In this document: piece by piece, positions 48,001 to 61,600 of the stretch
Layout: each line of letters opens with the position of its first letter
How positions within the stretch are numbered: the first letter of the stretch is position 1
Assembly (NCBI RefSeq): GCF_032062105.1
Contig: NW_026932050.1
Coordinates: 186,001-250,000, forward strand
DNA from: Saccostrea cucullata
Taxonomy: Eukaryota
Length of the DNA stretch: 64,000 nucleotides
Direction of reading: 5' to 3'
Translations under genes and position numbers: made by a program
Notes under the pieces: generated by a model
The model's database searches: none
Told to the model about the DNA's origin: nothing
What the model saw: the letters and a program-made list of their open reading frames with translations, nothing else

Positions 48001-51000
48001 GTTACTCAAGTTTCTCAATGCTTTAAATTCATTTGTCAAAGAACTTATTTATTTGAATATTACAGAATCTTATTCATCAGAGAGGAAATTAAGTCATGAC
48101 TTTTAATTATATCTATTGGCAAAGATGGCTGTCATCTTGTAGCAGCAATAAACACAGATACCCTTGAGAGCCACAACTTCTACTTTCTGTCCTTTCTTCT
48201 TCTGAGGAGGATTCTTCATTTGGTCTGGGATCCAAGGTCTATCATACGTGTCTGTGTTTTTCCACTGTAAAAATTCAAAGGGGGAGGTTTCGCAAACTTG
48301 TTTTAATTATTTATGAACTCGCGGAAAAATCATATCTGCAGTATCGTCTTGCAGATTGCAGAAAAAAAATCAGAAAACAAAAAGCCAGCTCCTCCAATCC
48401 ATGGCAGTTTAAATGTATTTTTGTATCAATAAAGATTAAAACAATTAAAGTGGGTCATGTATAAGGCACTATGTAACGCCATCTTTATTCTGCTAAATCA
48501 CTATCTACATGTCAAACTTATGATTTATACATAGAACAAGAATTTTTATCCTCATAAATCTTACAATAGCTCAAAAAAGGTACTGAAAACAAATAGCTTT
48601 TATACATGTACAAATTTGTAGAGGAACCAGTTTACACTGACTGGTATCCGTCTCTACCTTCTTGTTGTGACGAAAATGGGTGTGTTCTAGGAACTGTGGG
48701 GCTGTGTCGTATACAGTATTACAGAGCTTGCACCAGTGTTTTCCCGGATCAAAGAACTCATATTTAGTTTTCTGAACTTTTAATGGGAATGGCATCTGCA
48801 AAATATAAAGCATACTGCATATATAAACTGGTAAAACATTTCAGAATACATGCAACTTTTTCTTTAAAAATAAAAATCATTTTTCAAAGAGTTTTATATC
48901 ACTTACCAATGACTTACAATTTTAATGCTGCAATGAAAATTTCATTTTAAAATATAAATATTACAAACAAACTGGCCAGACAAACTACTTCTCTTGATAA
49001 AATCACCTGTTTAGGTTTCTCTTCCTGTTTCACCATCGTCTCCGGTTTAACTTCCTGTTTGACGGCTGCCGGTGGAGGGACTTCCTCCTTAATGGCTGGA
49101 GTTCCAGATTTCTCTTTACTTTCACTTTCTTTTACCATTTCCACATCCTCTTTCACTTTCTCCGCCTCTTTTTCCACCTTGATTTTCTTTTGCTGAGGCT
49201 GGATTTCCTCCAGAGTTTTCCCCTCGCTGAGTTTCCTCAGTTTGGAGATCTGCATTGCGATTTCCTCCTGTAATTTACTGTTCTGTAGAAGAATCGGGTC
49301 CTTGTGTCCGTCTTTTTGTCGACGCTTTTTGCGCATGATCTCATTCTGCTGTCGTCTTAGTTTCTTTAACTCCTCTTCCAAAGCCTGGATGCGTTTCTGT
49401 CTTTCCTCCTTATCCCGTAGCAGTTTTTCTGCCTGTCTCTTTTTATTTATCAAAGATTGATCCATTTCTTTATCTGCTGGCCTTTTGGTTCCTTGAACAG
49501 GCATCTTTGTACTTTCACTTTTGGGAGGTAAAACTGTTCTGCTTGGTAGAACAGGAGATTTATCATATTTCATTTGAGTTTCACAAACTTGTCTTATTGG
49601 TTCAGACGACTTTGGAATTTCCCTTAAATTTGGCCTAGCATTTTTCTTCTTTGACGTAGGCTCTGCTTTTTGAGGTTTAGGGAGGTCTTTTTCTAAGGGT
49701 ATGGTTGTCAGATTTTCTCTTTTGGATTTCTCTTTAGCCTTTGGTAAGCCTGGGGACACCTGACTGACACTGGCATCCCTCTGGCTCTCCGCTGGGTATG
49801 CTCTTTCAGCTGAGTATGCTCTCTCTGCTGAGTATGCTCGTTCTGCTGAGTATGCTCTCTCTGCTGTATACGTGCTTTCTGGAGGAGCCTGCTGTGACTG
49901 AGCCACTGAATACTCTGGAGGATATCTGTATGGATCAACAGCCGGAGGAGCAGAATAACTCGCAGCTTCAGACTGTGTCGGCATAAAGGATCCGGTATAA
50001 GTAGGCGCAGCATACCCTTGTGAGTATGGAGCATAACTGGAGACATAGGTCACAGGAGGCTGTGGCACGGAAGATTCTGGTTGAGGAGGATACGCATCCC
50101 TCTTTCCGAATACATCTTTCCTTAAAACCTGATCCACGAAGCTTTCTTTCTGTCTCCCATCATAAGGTGCCCTTTCATTTCCTCTGTCTCTATCTTCAAG
50201 CGATGACGAAGTTTCAAGTGATGGTTTCTTTTTGGAGAACAGATTTAATCCGATTTCCTCGGTAGACAATCCTCCCCCAAGGAATGAGGCCGTCTGGTTA
50301 ATTCCGTACTGTTGTGGAAGCTCCTCCTTCTTGGGTTCACTTCCTGCCTTTTCCTGCATTCGTTTGGACATTTCAAAATCAAAACCAATAGACTTTAAAA
50401 TGTTTTCAATTGTAGGATCATATTTCTGCTGTTTCACTTCCTGATTCACAGTCTGTGCAAAAGAAGCAGGCTGCTGCATGGCTTGTGGCTGCTGCACTGG
50501 TGGAAGTTGCTGAACAGGTGGCAGCTGCTGCATTGATGTGGGTTGCATGAGTGGTGCCTGTGAGGATGGTGCCTGCATGAGTGGTGCCTGTGTAAGTGTT
50601 GCCTGTGCTAGTGGGGGGTGTATTTCCTCCATCATTCTAGGCTGTGGCCTCTTTGTGAAGATGCTCAGGAGATCGGAGGAGTCGTACTGTCTCTCTGACA
50701 CTGGAGGTTCCTCTGGGATGTACGCTGGGGGTGGGGAGTGTGACTGCCTCTGACTGAGTATTGGGAAAGTATTCTGCTGTCTACCACCCGGCTGGGGCTG
50801 GAAATGATCCCCTACAAATGGCTGGGACCAGGGGGGTGGTTGTGATGATGGAGGAGGGACCTCTTTCTTTTCTGGTTCTCCATAGAGAAATCTCTCTTCG
50901 TCTTCAATGTCCATGGAGTGTCCAAGTGGTGGCCTTCCAGAATTATAGTCTTGCCCCACTTGTGGCCCCAGTCTACTTTCTACAGGCAATCCAAAGGCAC

Positions 51001-53799
51001 CTCCTCCTCCCATTTCTGGTGGTTGCGCCACCTGGGGTGCCACATTGTCTGTTTTCTTTTTAAGTATAGACTTCAGTGGTTTTGCTGTGGGCGGTGTTGG
51101 CTCAGACTTTGGAGGGCTCCTAATTCCTGGCTGTGTCAGGGACTCAAAGCTTCCCCTCCCATAAAACCCCCCTGAAGAATTATGTCCCTGCACATCCCTA
51201 TCATGAGACAAATTGTCATAAATGTCACCCTCGCGTCTCACTCTATTTTCATACTGAGGATCCAGCCTCTCCATACTGAATCTCTCCTCGTACTTTTTAT
51301 CGAGGTCACCTTTATACTGATCGCGGTAGTCTCTGTCGTGAGGTTCGTCCCTCCTGTCGTACTGTCCGGAGTATCCACTGCTGTGATGTCGCTCGCGACT
51401 GTCCTCCCTCCTGTCTCGGTAATCCCGGTTGTCCCTCCTGTAGTCTCTCCGATCATGACCCCCCTCATGATGATCTCGACCGCTCCCCCTCCTATCCCTC
51501 CTCTCCCGGCTACTGTCTCTCCGTCTGTCCCTATCCCTATCATCTCTCCTCCCCCGCGAATCGGATGGGTACCTCCTGGAGGGAGAGTCCCTTCTATATT
51601 TGTCCTCCCTTTTCTCTTCACTTCCCCCTCCTCCTCCTCCCCCATAATACATTTTTTCCTGATCATATATACTGTCTGGGTTTTGATACTGCTGGACTGG
51701 GGGACCCAGTCTGTCAGAGAGAGGACTCCCCACTGCTGACCCTTTTTTGTAAATGTCATTCCCGACGGTGATCCTCAGAGACTCTGCCTGGGGGGCTGGA
51801 CTTTCATCAGGATACTACAAAACACAGGCAAGTTACTAATTAATGACAGTTTCTATAGAATTTAGACTATGGGGTGATCACTGCATGTTCTACAATAGTT
51901 TTAGTTTTTATAGCTCCAAAGGCAAAAATTTATTTGGAACATTTCTTGACAAATTGCACCCATTTTATTAAAAGGTTATAGTGTAATTTAATGACGCTAA
52001 ATCATCTACACTTACATAAAACCAAATCTTACTCTCTTTCTGCTTTTCACATATGAAGATCTACAATACAGACACAATTGTGTCTGACCAATATACCTTT
52101 ACTTGCAGGCCACTAAAGCAATCATGATATGTGAAACTCAAAATAACAAGATTTTTTTGTTCATTCCTTTTAGCAATCCTTACTTTCCACAGTATGGGCA
52201 CCTGCTGAAAATATTACTTATGAAACTGGTAGATATGATTTTAGTAACTGATTTCCTGTTTTAAAAAATATGGGACATTAAAGGGCCTTTTTTGCAATAT
52301 ATTTTTGCTTACAATGGGATGTTCCATATTAGCAGAATTTTTAGCAAGGATTTTATTTTGGCATTATGTATAAGCGAAGGTGTTGAGATCGCTTAAATTA
52401 AATATCGCTTAAAAAATGGTATTTTATTAGTAAAAGGTTCTTTACTGATCATTTAAAAATTGCTCGATTTAAATCTTCCTAAATATAGAATACCAATTTT
52501 TAAGGACAAATGCCTAAATTTGCTTTCACTAAAATTTCCACTTATACGGTATTTAAATTAAACTGGAGTGAGGACCTGACTTGTTAAATTATGTGTTTTA
52601 AAACAGCCCCTCATAGCAGTTACAATATCATGTATCATATACAGATGAAATAAAGCAAAACAGAGCAGGTCTGCTTCCCACAAAAGGAAAGGTTGGCTAC
52701 TTGGATATAGGACTGCTTATACACCACAAAGTTGTATGTAATATTTGACTTTCAATGAAATCCTTTCTCTGCTTTTTGCCAAAGGCACTTAGTTTCAGGA
52801 CAGTGCATTTTGTGTATAAAATATTGATTAAAATCAAGTGTCATTGGAGCCCCCCCACCCCTCTTGAAATCTAAGATGTCAATTGCCATACCTTAACTCT
52901 ATTTGTATACAGTAATATTAGGGACCTATACACAGATCCTTACAGTAATACTGAGTGCAGCATCATGCAAATTTTCCTAAGCAACACTTTCAGAATTCCT
53001 TCACTATTAGGGTTTCAAGTGAATTTATCTTAAAACATACATTTACCAGGATACTTTTACTTTTCTTTATTTGCACAAAGCTTAAAAATTACAAAACTAC
53101 TCAACCAGGTATTTCATTGAATATTGCACAAGATCTGTAGTATTGTTTAACCAGATGCTCAGCAGTCTACGAAAATTCCGGCATCACAGTCTAGACTGTC
53201 TTCCGTGCAGTTTGACGTGGCCGATCTATGATTGAACTGTAAGCCGTGCATAAAACTGTGCTCAACCCAACGGTCACACCGTAAAACATATCACAATATT
53301 TTTAAACCTGCTAATTTCAGCGATTTTTCACATTAATTTTAACGAGTGCATCCAGAAACACCTAGAAAACATAATACACAAAATGCACCATCCTGAAATA
53401 AAGCGTCTGTACTTTTTGCTTAGATTTAGTTAAATAGAGTAGCAGTATATTCTGATTCTGTATTACTGAGACTAGTGAGAGCCTTCAAAACACATAAACA
53501 ATAAATGACGACATTAACAGAATTCCATTCTCAATTCAACATAAGACTTGATTTGTATCTACGATATCATGATGCAGAAATTTCAAACATAAAACGTTTT
53601 ATCACAAATTTCAATCCACCACCTTGGCCCCAAGACGGTCTTCTACAGAAGTCGGTCTTTTGCGCGGTGGCGACATTGAATGCTCGTGATCTCGATAGCG
53701 TGATCGGTCGAAACTTGATGACGATTTTCTAGTCGTTGCATGGATGCCCCCGCCCTTTGCAGCAAATCCGCGACCACGCGTCCTCCCCGAGAACACCAT
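42481..53799 (-). CDS. ZNF318: Zinc finger protein 318 orthologue (~1827 aa; two matrin/U1-type zinc fingers)
   Basis: Exons 53799-53623, 51814-49007, 48795-48658, 48264-48162, 47939-47821, 47488-45424 and 42554-42481 join in frame (5484 nt). Motifs recalled from ZNF318: SLRITVGND, LSDRLG, IEDEERFLYG, YEFFDPGKHWCKLC, YDRPW, GFYCVLCREFSGD, FYEQRRQLDR. The last small exon is less certain (alternative stop at 45416). Confidence 0.88.
43379..45013 (+). mobile_element. Helentron-associated non-autonomous element (HINE) carrying a ~166-bp Cg170-like satellite array
   Basis: Starts AAACAAGAGGCCC...GCTCACCTGAGC. At least 7 units with CATGATTTGAACAAACTT anchors at ~43658, 43808, 43974, 44140, 44295, 44461 and 44630. 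(ACG/ACA)n microsatellite at ~44899-44960. Terminal hairpin AGCTCACTTGAGCCTTCGGCTCAGGTGAGCT followed by an A run. Confidence 0.88.
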
Positions 53800-55612
53800 T
53801 CTTGGTAACTTTAATAATCACTGGACTTGGTTGGGTTACCGAAAAGAAAGTTAGACCTCTGTTGCGCATGGGTGAAATGCCGTAAAGCATTCCGTTGTCA
53901 AAAGATAGAAAAAATTGCAACCTGATAAATTTGGATATATTTGGATATATGCTTTATACTAATCCGATACATACAATCAGGAACAGATGAAGTTCTTGAA
54001 TGAAAAAAGAAAAATAGATAAATAAATAAAATAAAAAAAAAACAAAAGAGGTATTTGAAATTAGGACCCCCCCCCCCCAAAAAAAAACCTCTCACAAATA
54101 AGCTATTGAAACAAAACAGTGCTAAATGAAATTTGGTTTCAAAAAAGGAAAAAGAAAAGGAAGAGGAAAAGTAAAGCTAAAAATACAGAGAGAAACAACA
54201 ATATTGCAAATGATGGTCTATGATGAATTCAGAAATTCATAGTTTCATCATAGATGAAAGGGTCTGCATGCATATTGGTTAAAGTTGGGGTTGTCCCTAT
54301 TTCTTGTTTTTCTGTATATCTGTGGGTATGAAAATCAATTGCTGTTGTGATTTTACAAAATACAATTCTGTCTATCCTGTCTTTTATCATTCCCTATTGC
54401 ATCACAGTGACAGTCATTGCACGATTTTATTCATTCTATGCAAGCGTGCGCGTTATTGTACATGTAATTAAAAAAAAATTCCAATCGCAGCCAAGGAACT
54501 TGGATGATTCATTTATTTATTGGATGTAAACCGAAATGTAGGTGACTATAGTATAGTTCTATAAACATGATATATCAAATGTTCTTGTTTATTCTTAATA
54601 GGCATCACAAACGACGGTCAAAATGTACGACCCTCTTCCATTCTGTAGAGAGCTTAGTCTCTGGACAGTGGTTCCAGGTATTGCTATCATGAACCGAAAA
54701 GAAATTCTTTTACACAAACAACATTCTCTATCCGGAGTTATCGTTCCTTAGGTTCCCTGTAACATTTGGTGGAATAAAAGTTGTAAAGGATGAAAAAAAT
54801 GTACATTAAAGCGTTTATTTATTTATTTATTTTTTTTTTGCCTATAAAGTTATATAACGCGAAAGTTTTGCGTTTATGAAAGTTACGTGTTTATTCGCTT
54901 AACCCCCCCCCCCCCCCACTTTTTTTCCCAAGATAGACTAGACATAATATAGGCAATGAACATTGGTGCGTAGATTTATCCCCCCACTTTTAAGTTTGTA
55001 AGAAAAAATTGGTTCGATCCTTAACCCCCCTCCCACCCGAAATAGGATTTTTGTGTTTGGACAAGGTATCTATTTACATTTTTTTTTAAAAGTTCGATTA
55101 ATTATTTTTTCTTCTTTCACTTTCTAAGCCCCCTTTTAATTTGCTTCCAACGTCAATGAAACACTCATCTTTTGCCTTTCTTGGAAAGATCCACCAACTT
55201 AATCTATTAAGTCATTTTAGTTCATAGATTCAGTACCAGTGATTTGTTTTGGAAACTTAAGTCGAAAAAATAATTTCCAAAATTATCCGAATATAAGTAT
55301 TTTGTCATCTATGGTTAACGACATTGAAATATTTTGCTCTATGAGCCAATATACCTTTTCAAAAACTATTAATGTTGTCTTTAAGACATGACAGACTCAT
55401 ATTATCTTTGTTTGGAAAAAATTACATTTGTTGATCATCAAAACGACTTCATAACGACAACCGTAGATCGGACAATAACTGAAGGCCTGTGGGAGTGCCG
55501 ATTAATTTGGAGTTGAGCAGTCGACGTTTTTTAGTGTGATTCAGTCAATGAGTGTTTGAGGATGTATATTTTCACAAATTGATTACAAATGGATTAATTA
55601 GAACAGAAAACA

Positions 55613-58600
55613 ATGTCGACAGTGCTAGACAGGCCGGAACTGTCTTCTTCGGGTAAGATTTCTGTGATTTCTCTCACATTGATTTTCGCGAGTGCTGAGA
55701 CAATGGACAATGATTTCCTATAATATGTACAAATGTGTGTTATCGCCGGCATCGATAGCATTACGGCATGGATCATAAATAATGACTAAGATTTTTTCCT
55801 GTTCAGTTTATCGAATTAATTAAACATTTCATTACATTTATTATGTTTATAAAAAAATAATTTCATTAATTTTATTTCATAGTAATTTATCCCTTAGTCT
55901 TATGTGTTCTTGTTCAAATAAGCCATCAGGGTGAAAAAGTACATGCAAAACATAAACAACATGCTATTTATGTTCCTGTCTTGATCTAACAGTTTTTCTT
56001 TTATTGATAAAATCTCTGAGTCAATGATATTTGATGTTGTATATTTTACCCCAAGTGTTTTGTTAATAAAGATGATGCAGATTATGAGCAAAAAGTGGAG
56101 ATAACCAAGAGCATTTTCTAAACAAAACAAGAAAGTTATAGAACCAGTATTGTCAACATGGTCAAAGGAAAAATGTGAACATGACAAATAATACCACTGA
56201 TAAGAACTTATATAGGGGGCCTAATCATGATGATAAAACAGATTTTCATATTTAAAAAAAATGGGACAGCAGCAGGGTATTAAGCATGTTAAGGCATACA
56301 TGCCAACTTTTGAAAATTTTCTTGGGGGAGATTGCGCGTAACGACATTTTTTAAAGTTCCTAATTCGCGGCGTTTTGTCCTGAAATAACTTTTTGTAGGT
56401 TGTTTTTTTTTTCTAAATTATCAATCTACTACCTTAATTATATCATATATTATTACTACTTCAAAAAAGTGTTTTCTTCTCTATTAACTTAAAGAAAAGC
56501 ACAAATTTATACAATATCATTTAAAATTTTAAAAAGACAATTTTATTCAAAATTATTTAATATGTTAATATTAAGATAAATATACCCTTTGTCTTTAAGA
56601 ATGTGATACACAAAGCTAATTTATTATTACATGAATAAGGATGTTAAACTTTACAAATAAGCTGAACTGTTCATTGTCTGTTGGTAAATTACAAAGTTTA
56701 TAAGGCTACTGTTATACAAAATATTGTGAAATTATTTTTTTCTTAATCAGAGGGAATATTAAGTCATTTTAAATTTTCGATCAAAGTCTACAAAAGGCAT
56801 GGTCTTTTCCTTTCTTTCAATTTTATTTTGATTACTCTGGGCAGTCCTAATGGTTTTTCCTTGTAGGCACATTTTTTCCATGTTTGATTTTGGCAGTGTC
56901 TTTTTATAATGAAGTAGATTATAATTTAATGAGGAATGCAATACATGTATTCCAAAAACTTGAACACCTTTTATAAACGGTTTATATAATGTATATGTCG
57001 AAGTTTGTTGTTAAGTCTGCATGAACTCTCACAAGTTTGTCAGTTTGTATGCAGTGTGGTGTGTATTTCTAAAATTTCCACATCTGGCATAATTGTCTCG
57101 GTTAAAATACATTGTTAATGAGGTTCAAGAGCAATTAAAACCTCTGTAATCACTGGTAGCACAGTTGACACTTTGTTGATTACCTGTTATCAGCGGCAAT
57201 AAACAGATATCTTACTAATAAACATCGAAGCAGCGATGTTTTCTGCACACGGAAATAAAGTAACTGTATTGTTCAAAGCGAATCCGTAAAAATTCCAGAT
57301 TTTCTAAATATCGGTCGAAATGGGAGAAAAAAAATTATTTGGTAGACAAGCGGTAGACAGGGTTAAAAATCGGTAGACTCACGAAAAAATCGGGAAAGTT
57401 GGCATGTATGTTAAGGTCAGATGACACGTTCCTCAAAAATATATAATTTTTCCATAGAATTTGTCATTGAAGTATAGGTACTTAAACAAGATTCCTCACA
57501 AGAAATTACGGTACCTTACCAGGCATTTGGACAAGTTAACATAGGGTCATATTTCTTATATAACCCTTATGGGTAATCTTCTGGATGGCCTTTATCACCA
57601 TTTTTGGTGTACTTCTATGTAAAACCATTTTGGAAACAGTGTAGAAATCAGAAGACAATGACAAATATGAATATTTATTAAATAAATCCAAGAGATACAA
57701 AACATATATGTGAGGAACGTGTCGTCTGACCTTAATAAGTAATTTCCAAATGCGTCAAAATTTGTGACACAATTACACCATGTATACATGAATTTTATTT
57801 TTTAATACTGTTCTAGAATTTGAAGGAAGTCCAAATTCAAAATGGTTTATATTGAGGGAGGGGGGGGCAGTTTGGATGCCAAAAGGATAAGCGGATTGGC
57901 CTACAATGCTATTGATTTGATTTTAACATATTTTATTGCACAAAATATATACAATGGGATTGGGCACAAGTTCTAAAAACTTAAACCGCCCTCTCCCTAC
58001 ATGAGATATTATAACAGGATGAATTAGAAGTGTTCAACAGTTTGTACAAAATAAATTACAAGTAAATTAAATAAACTCTCATTGTGGACATATATAGACT
58101 GCTACATTATTGTTTATACAAATAGTTATGCTATTATCATGATTTATATAGTAAAGAATTTGAGAAAGTTTTATTAAAAAGTTACAGATAACATTGTTGT
58201 AAAAAGAATGGCCACTTTTCAAGCAGGGTATAAAAGAAACACCCAAGAATGATATTTTGAGAGGGATCATTCATATAGTGAACTGTGACAATTGCAGTGT
58301 TGAATTTAATTTTTTTGCAGATTATTTTTTATCAAATTAACCATAACATTGGGACATCCTATTGACATGCTTCAGACACAATCCACTACTAGATATGTCA
58401 AATTTTATTAGCTTAATGTTTATATAATATGACTCTTCTGTGTACCTGGTATTTTTCTCCACCCAAAAAATTCTACCAGTAAGTTTATACCGTACGTTTA
58501 TTTAGTAAAATATGATGTAACTTGAACTAACTTCATTCATTTGCTCTAGCTTAATTACCAGTGAGAGAATGAAGTAATTATGACCAATTATCTTTACACC

Positions 58601-61600
58601 GAAATCTGCACTGAACTGTAATGCTGAAGTGCATTTAATAAAAGAATATGACTCGATTTATTTAAAGCATATTGTATTTTAACTGAGCTTTAAAAAGTCT
58701 GATATATCCTCATGATCCATAGCCTTTCAGTTTGTAGGATTATTAATTTACTTGACTTTACTTGATACATTTATATTAAAGATTGCAAAAAGTAAACCCA
58801 TAAATGAGGTTGATATTCAACCAATGTTAACATGTAATAATAACATTCAGACATGAAAATTTAGGATACTTTGCAATATTTTTGCCTCAATCTGTTTCTA
58901 TACACAACTTCAAAATAAAAATGTATTTTTCCAAAATACTCAAAATATTTACCTGCTAGGAGTTTACTGCTGATGAATGATTTGATTTGTAATGTCAAAC
59001 AAAATCCATATGATTTGAATTTGAAGCTGTTCTTCTACATCTAATCATGCTTATGAAATCATTATTTTTCACTTTGAGTTCTCTATCTGGATTAATGATG
59101 TTAGATATTTATTTTGTGGTAACTTTGTTAGGTTATTCTATTGTGTTTACGAGGTTTCTAGGTATTTGTGATGATGTTGCGTATTTATTTTTATATTGTC
59201 GTCTATTTTGCAGGAGCGGCTCCTGAGGATGGCGTTCCGGACATGATCGTAATCAGTGAAATTGACGAAAATGGAATCGCTGTCAACTTACGAGTCCGCT
59301 ACACCAAGGATCAAATTTATGTATCCTTCACTAAAATAATATTGGAATAACTTCTGTGATCATATTAGGTGTAGTGAATTAATACAGTTAAACCTGCATT
59401 GAGAGTCTCCTTCAGATTTTGACTGTATTTGCATTTCATTTCCCAAACAAATACCGACCAATAATTAATTTAGATCAAGCATAAAGAGTGACCCAAGAGT
59501 GAGTCTTTAGCATGAATGTTAGAATACAAATTGATATGATATAATTGATGATATGTTGCAAAGCAGGCCAAAGAGAATGGGGCCTGAACCATGGATTGAG
59601 CTTTTTCCTTCAGAGCACACATTTATCTACTGTAAGCTAAAAGTGCTCATCATTTGAGCACATAAAAACTATTTTATTTAGCTTATCAGGTGGCAGTTTA
59701 TCATGCCAACTCATTAAAACTTGTTGGGCCTTTTTTTTAACTGTAGCATATTTGCAGTCTTGTTTGTATGACCTTATAATGGCTGTTGGTGAAACTTCAG
59801 ATGACCTTGTGAAATTTTGTACGATTTATTTCCTGTTATGTTTCCTGTTGTACTATAGGGTGTGAATTTTATGATTATGGTACGATTATTTGTATATAGA
59901 CAATTCACTGTTGCTTATCATTACGTTACATAATTAACAGTAATTGGTGGTCAAGTAGATTTGCACTTGACAGGAGGATATAAGCTACTGCAGATTTGTT
60001 TATATATTATCACTGTGTACTAAGTGACATTTATGTCAGTTTTAGACAAGTATATATACAATATAGGATAAACTCACATAAATTGCATATCATATATCAT
60101 AGAAGAAACAATATATACAATAGACATTTTAGACAAGATGTATGTTTACTCATTGGTTTGAACATCTAGGCATTTCTTGAACCGTTTCTGTCGATGATCC
60201 TTTATATTGAACTTGAGTATGAACACATCCTATGAGTGTCTTGTATATGTCTGGCCTTTCTGAGCCTCTATTTGAGCGTCTTATTTCTAGGCTGTGGATG
60301 TTTCCAGTCCGTCATATTGTACAAGTCAGTCAGTCCTCTTCCGCAGTCTGTAGTTTTGTCAGCGCAACTCCTCATAAACCGCTGTACTAATATGTTCGTC
60401 AAACTTTGCAGGAATTGTGTCACAGGACACAATGTGTAAATGTGCATATTACCAGGAAATTAATATCAAAAGAATTTTTTTTCAAGGGAATTGTGCCAAA
60501 AGTGAAGATTTTTAACTTAGGCATTTGGCTATATATTGAACATAGAGATGAACAGTTTAAAATCACTGGTATGACAACTCCTCTTAAACCGCTGCACAAA
60601 ATTTTGTTAATCCAATAAATTTTGCAGGTACAATAGTTTTTATTAGGATATTTTAAACAATGTGTAGATGTGCATTTTACCAGGAAATTCTGATTCCTTT
60701 ATTTTTTTTAATTTTCACACTTTTTAACAGGGAATTTGGCCATACCTTATATAGATGAACAGTTTGTCAGCGCAACTCCTCATAAACCGCTGTCACAGAA
60801 TTTAGTAAAAACTAAATATTTAATGATCTTAGGACACAATGTGTACATTTTCTGGTTTAAGTACTGCAATAAATAATGAAATTCCGAAAATTGACCATTT
60901 GCCAATGATCACTTTAAAAAAGTTGCATTTGGCAATGAAATATATAGAAAAAATAAAAACAGTTTGCACACGCAACTGTATCTCAGTTATAGCAGCATAG
61001 GAAAGAAATACTCGAGTTGTATGTTTTATTAAATATTTTAAGTCTGATATATAATCTCATTTAATTCTTAATTAGATATCAGATTTCCTAGACACAATGT
61101 GAAATGTGTATGTGTTACCCTGGAAATTGTTATTCCATAATTTCTTTAATTAATTTATTCATCTCTGGTGTTTAAATCTACCATTTAAAACAGTGTCTTC
61201 ACAGATAATAGTAATACATGTGTAATTATCTTGTTCATAAATAGAGTAACACTTCATAAACTATTTTGACTTCGATAATTTTTTAAAAGAAATTAGCTCA
61301 CTTTATCTCAGTCTGCAAAGCCTCTCAAACAAAACAAAAACATTTAGGGGGAATTGGCAGTAATTAAACCCCCCAAAGCTATATATATAGGTCCTGTAAT
61401 AGTGGAATGGATTATAGAGATGGAAGTGAAAACATCGATAGGAAGCAAAGGAAAGATGGAACAATTTCATTGATACAAGGTTTTTATTTACGCTGTACGT
61501 GCTACGCAGCAGGGAGGGGAGCAAAACCTGCAGAAATTGCCCAGTTTTTATATTCTTTGATAAACATGTGCTACATCAGTCTGCAGTCCTATATGTAATT

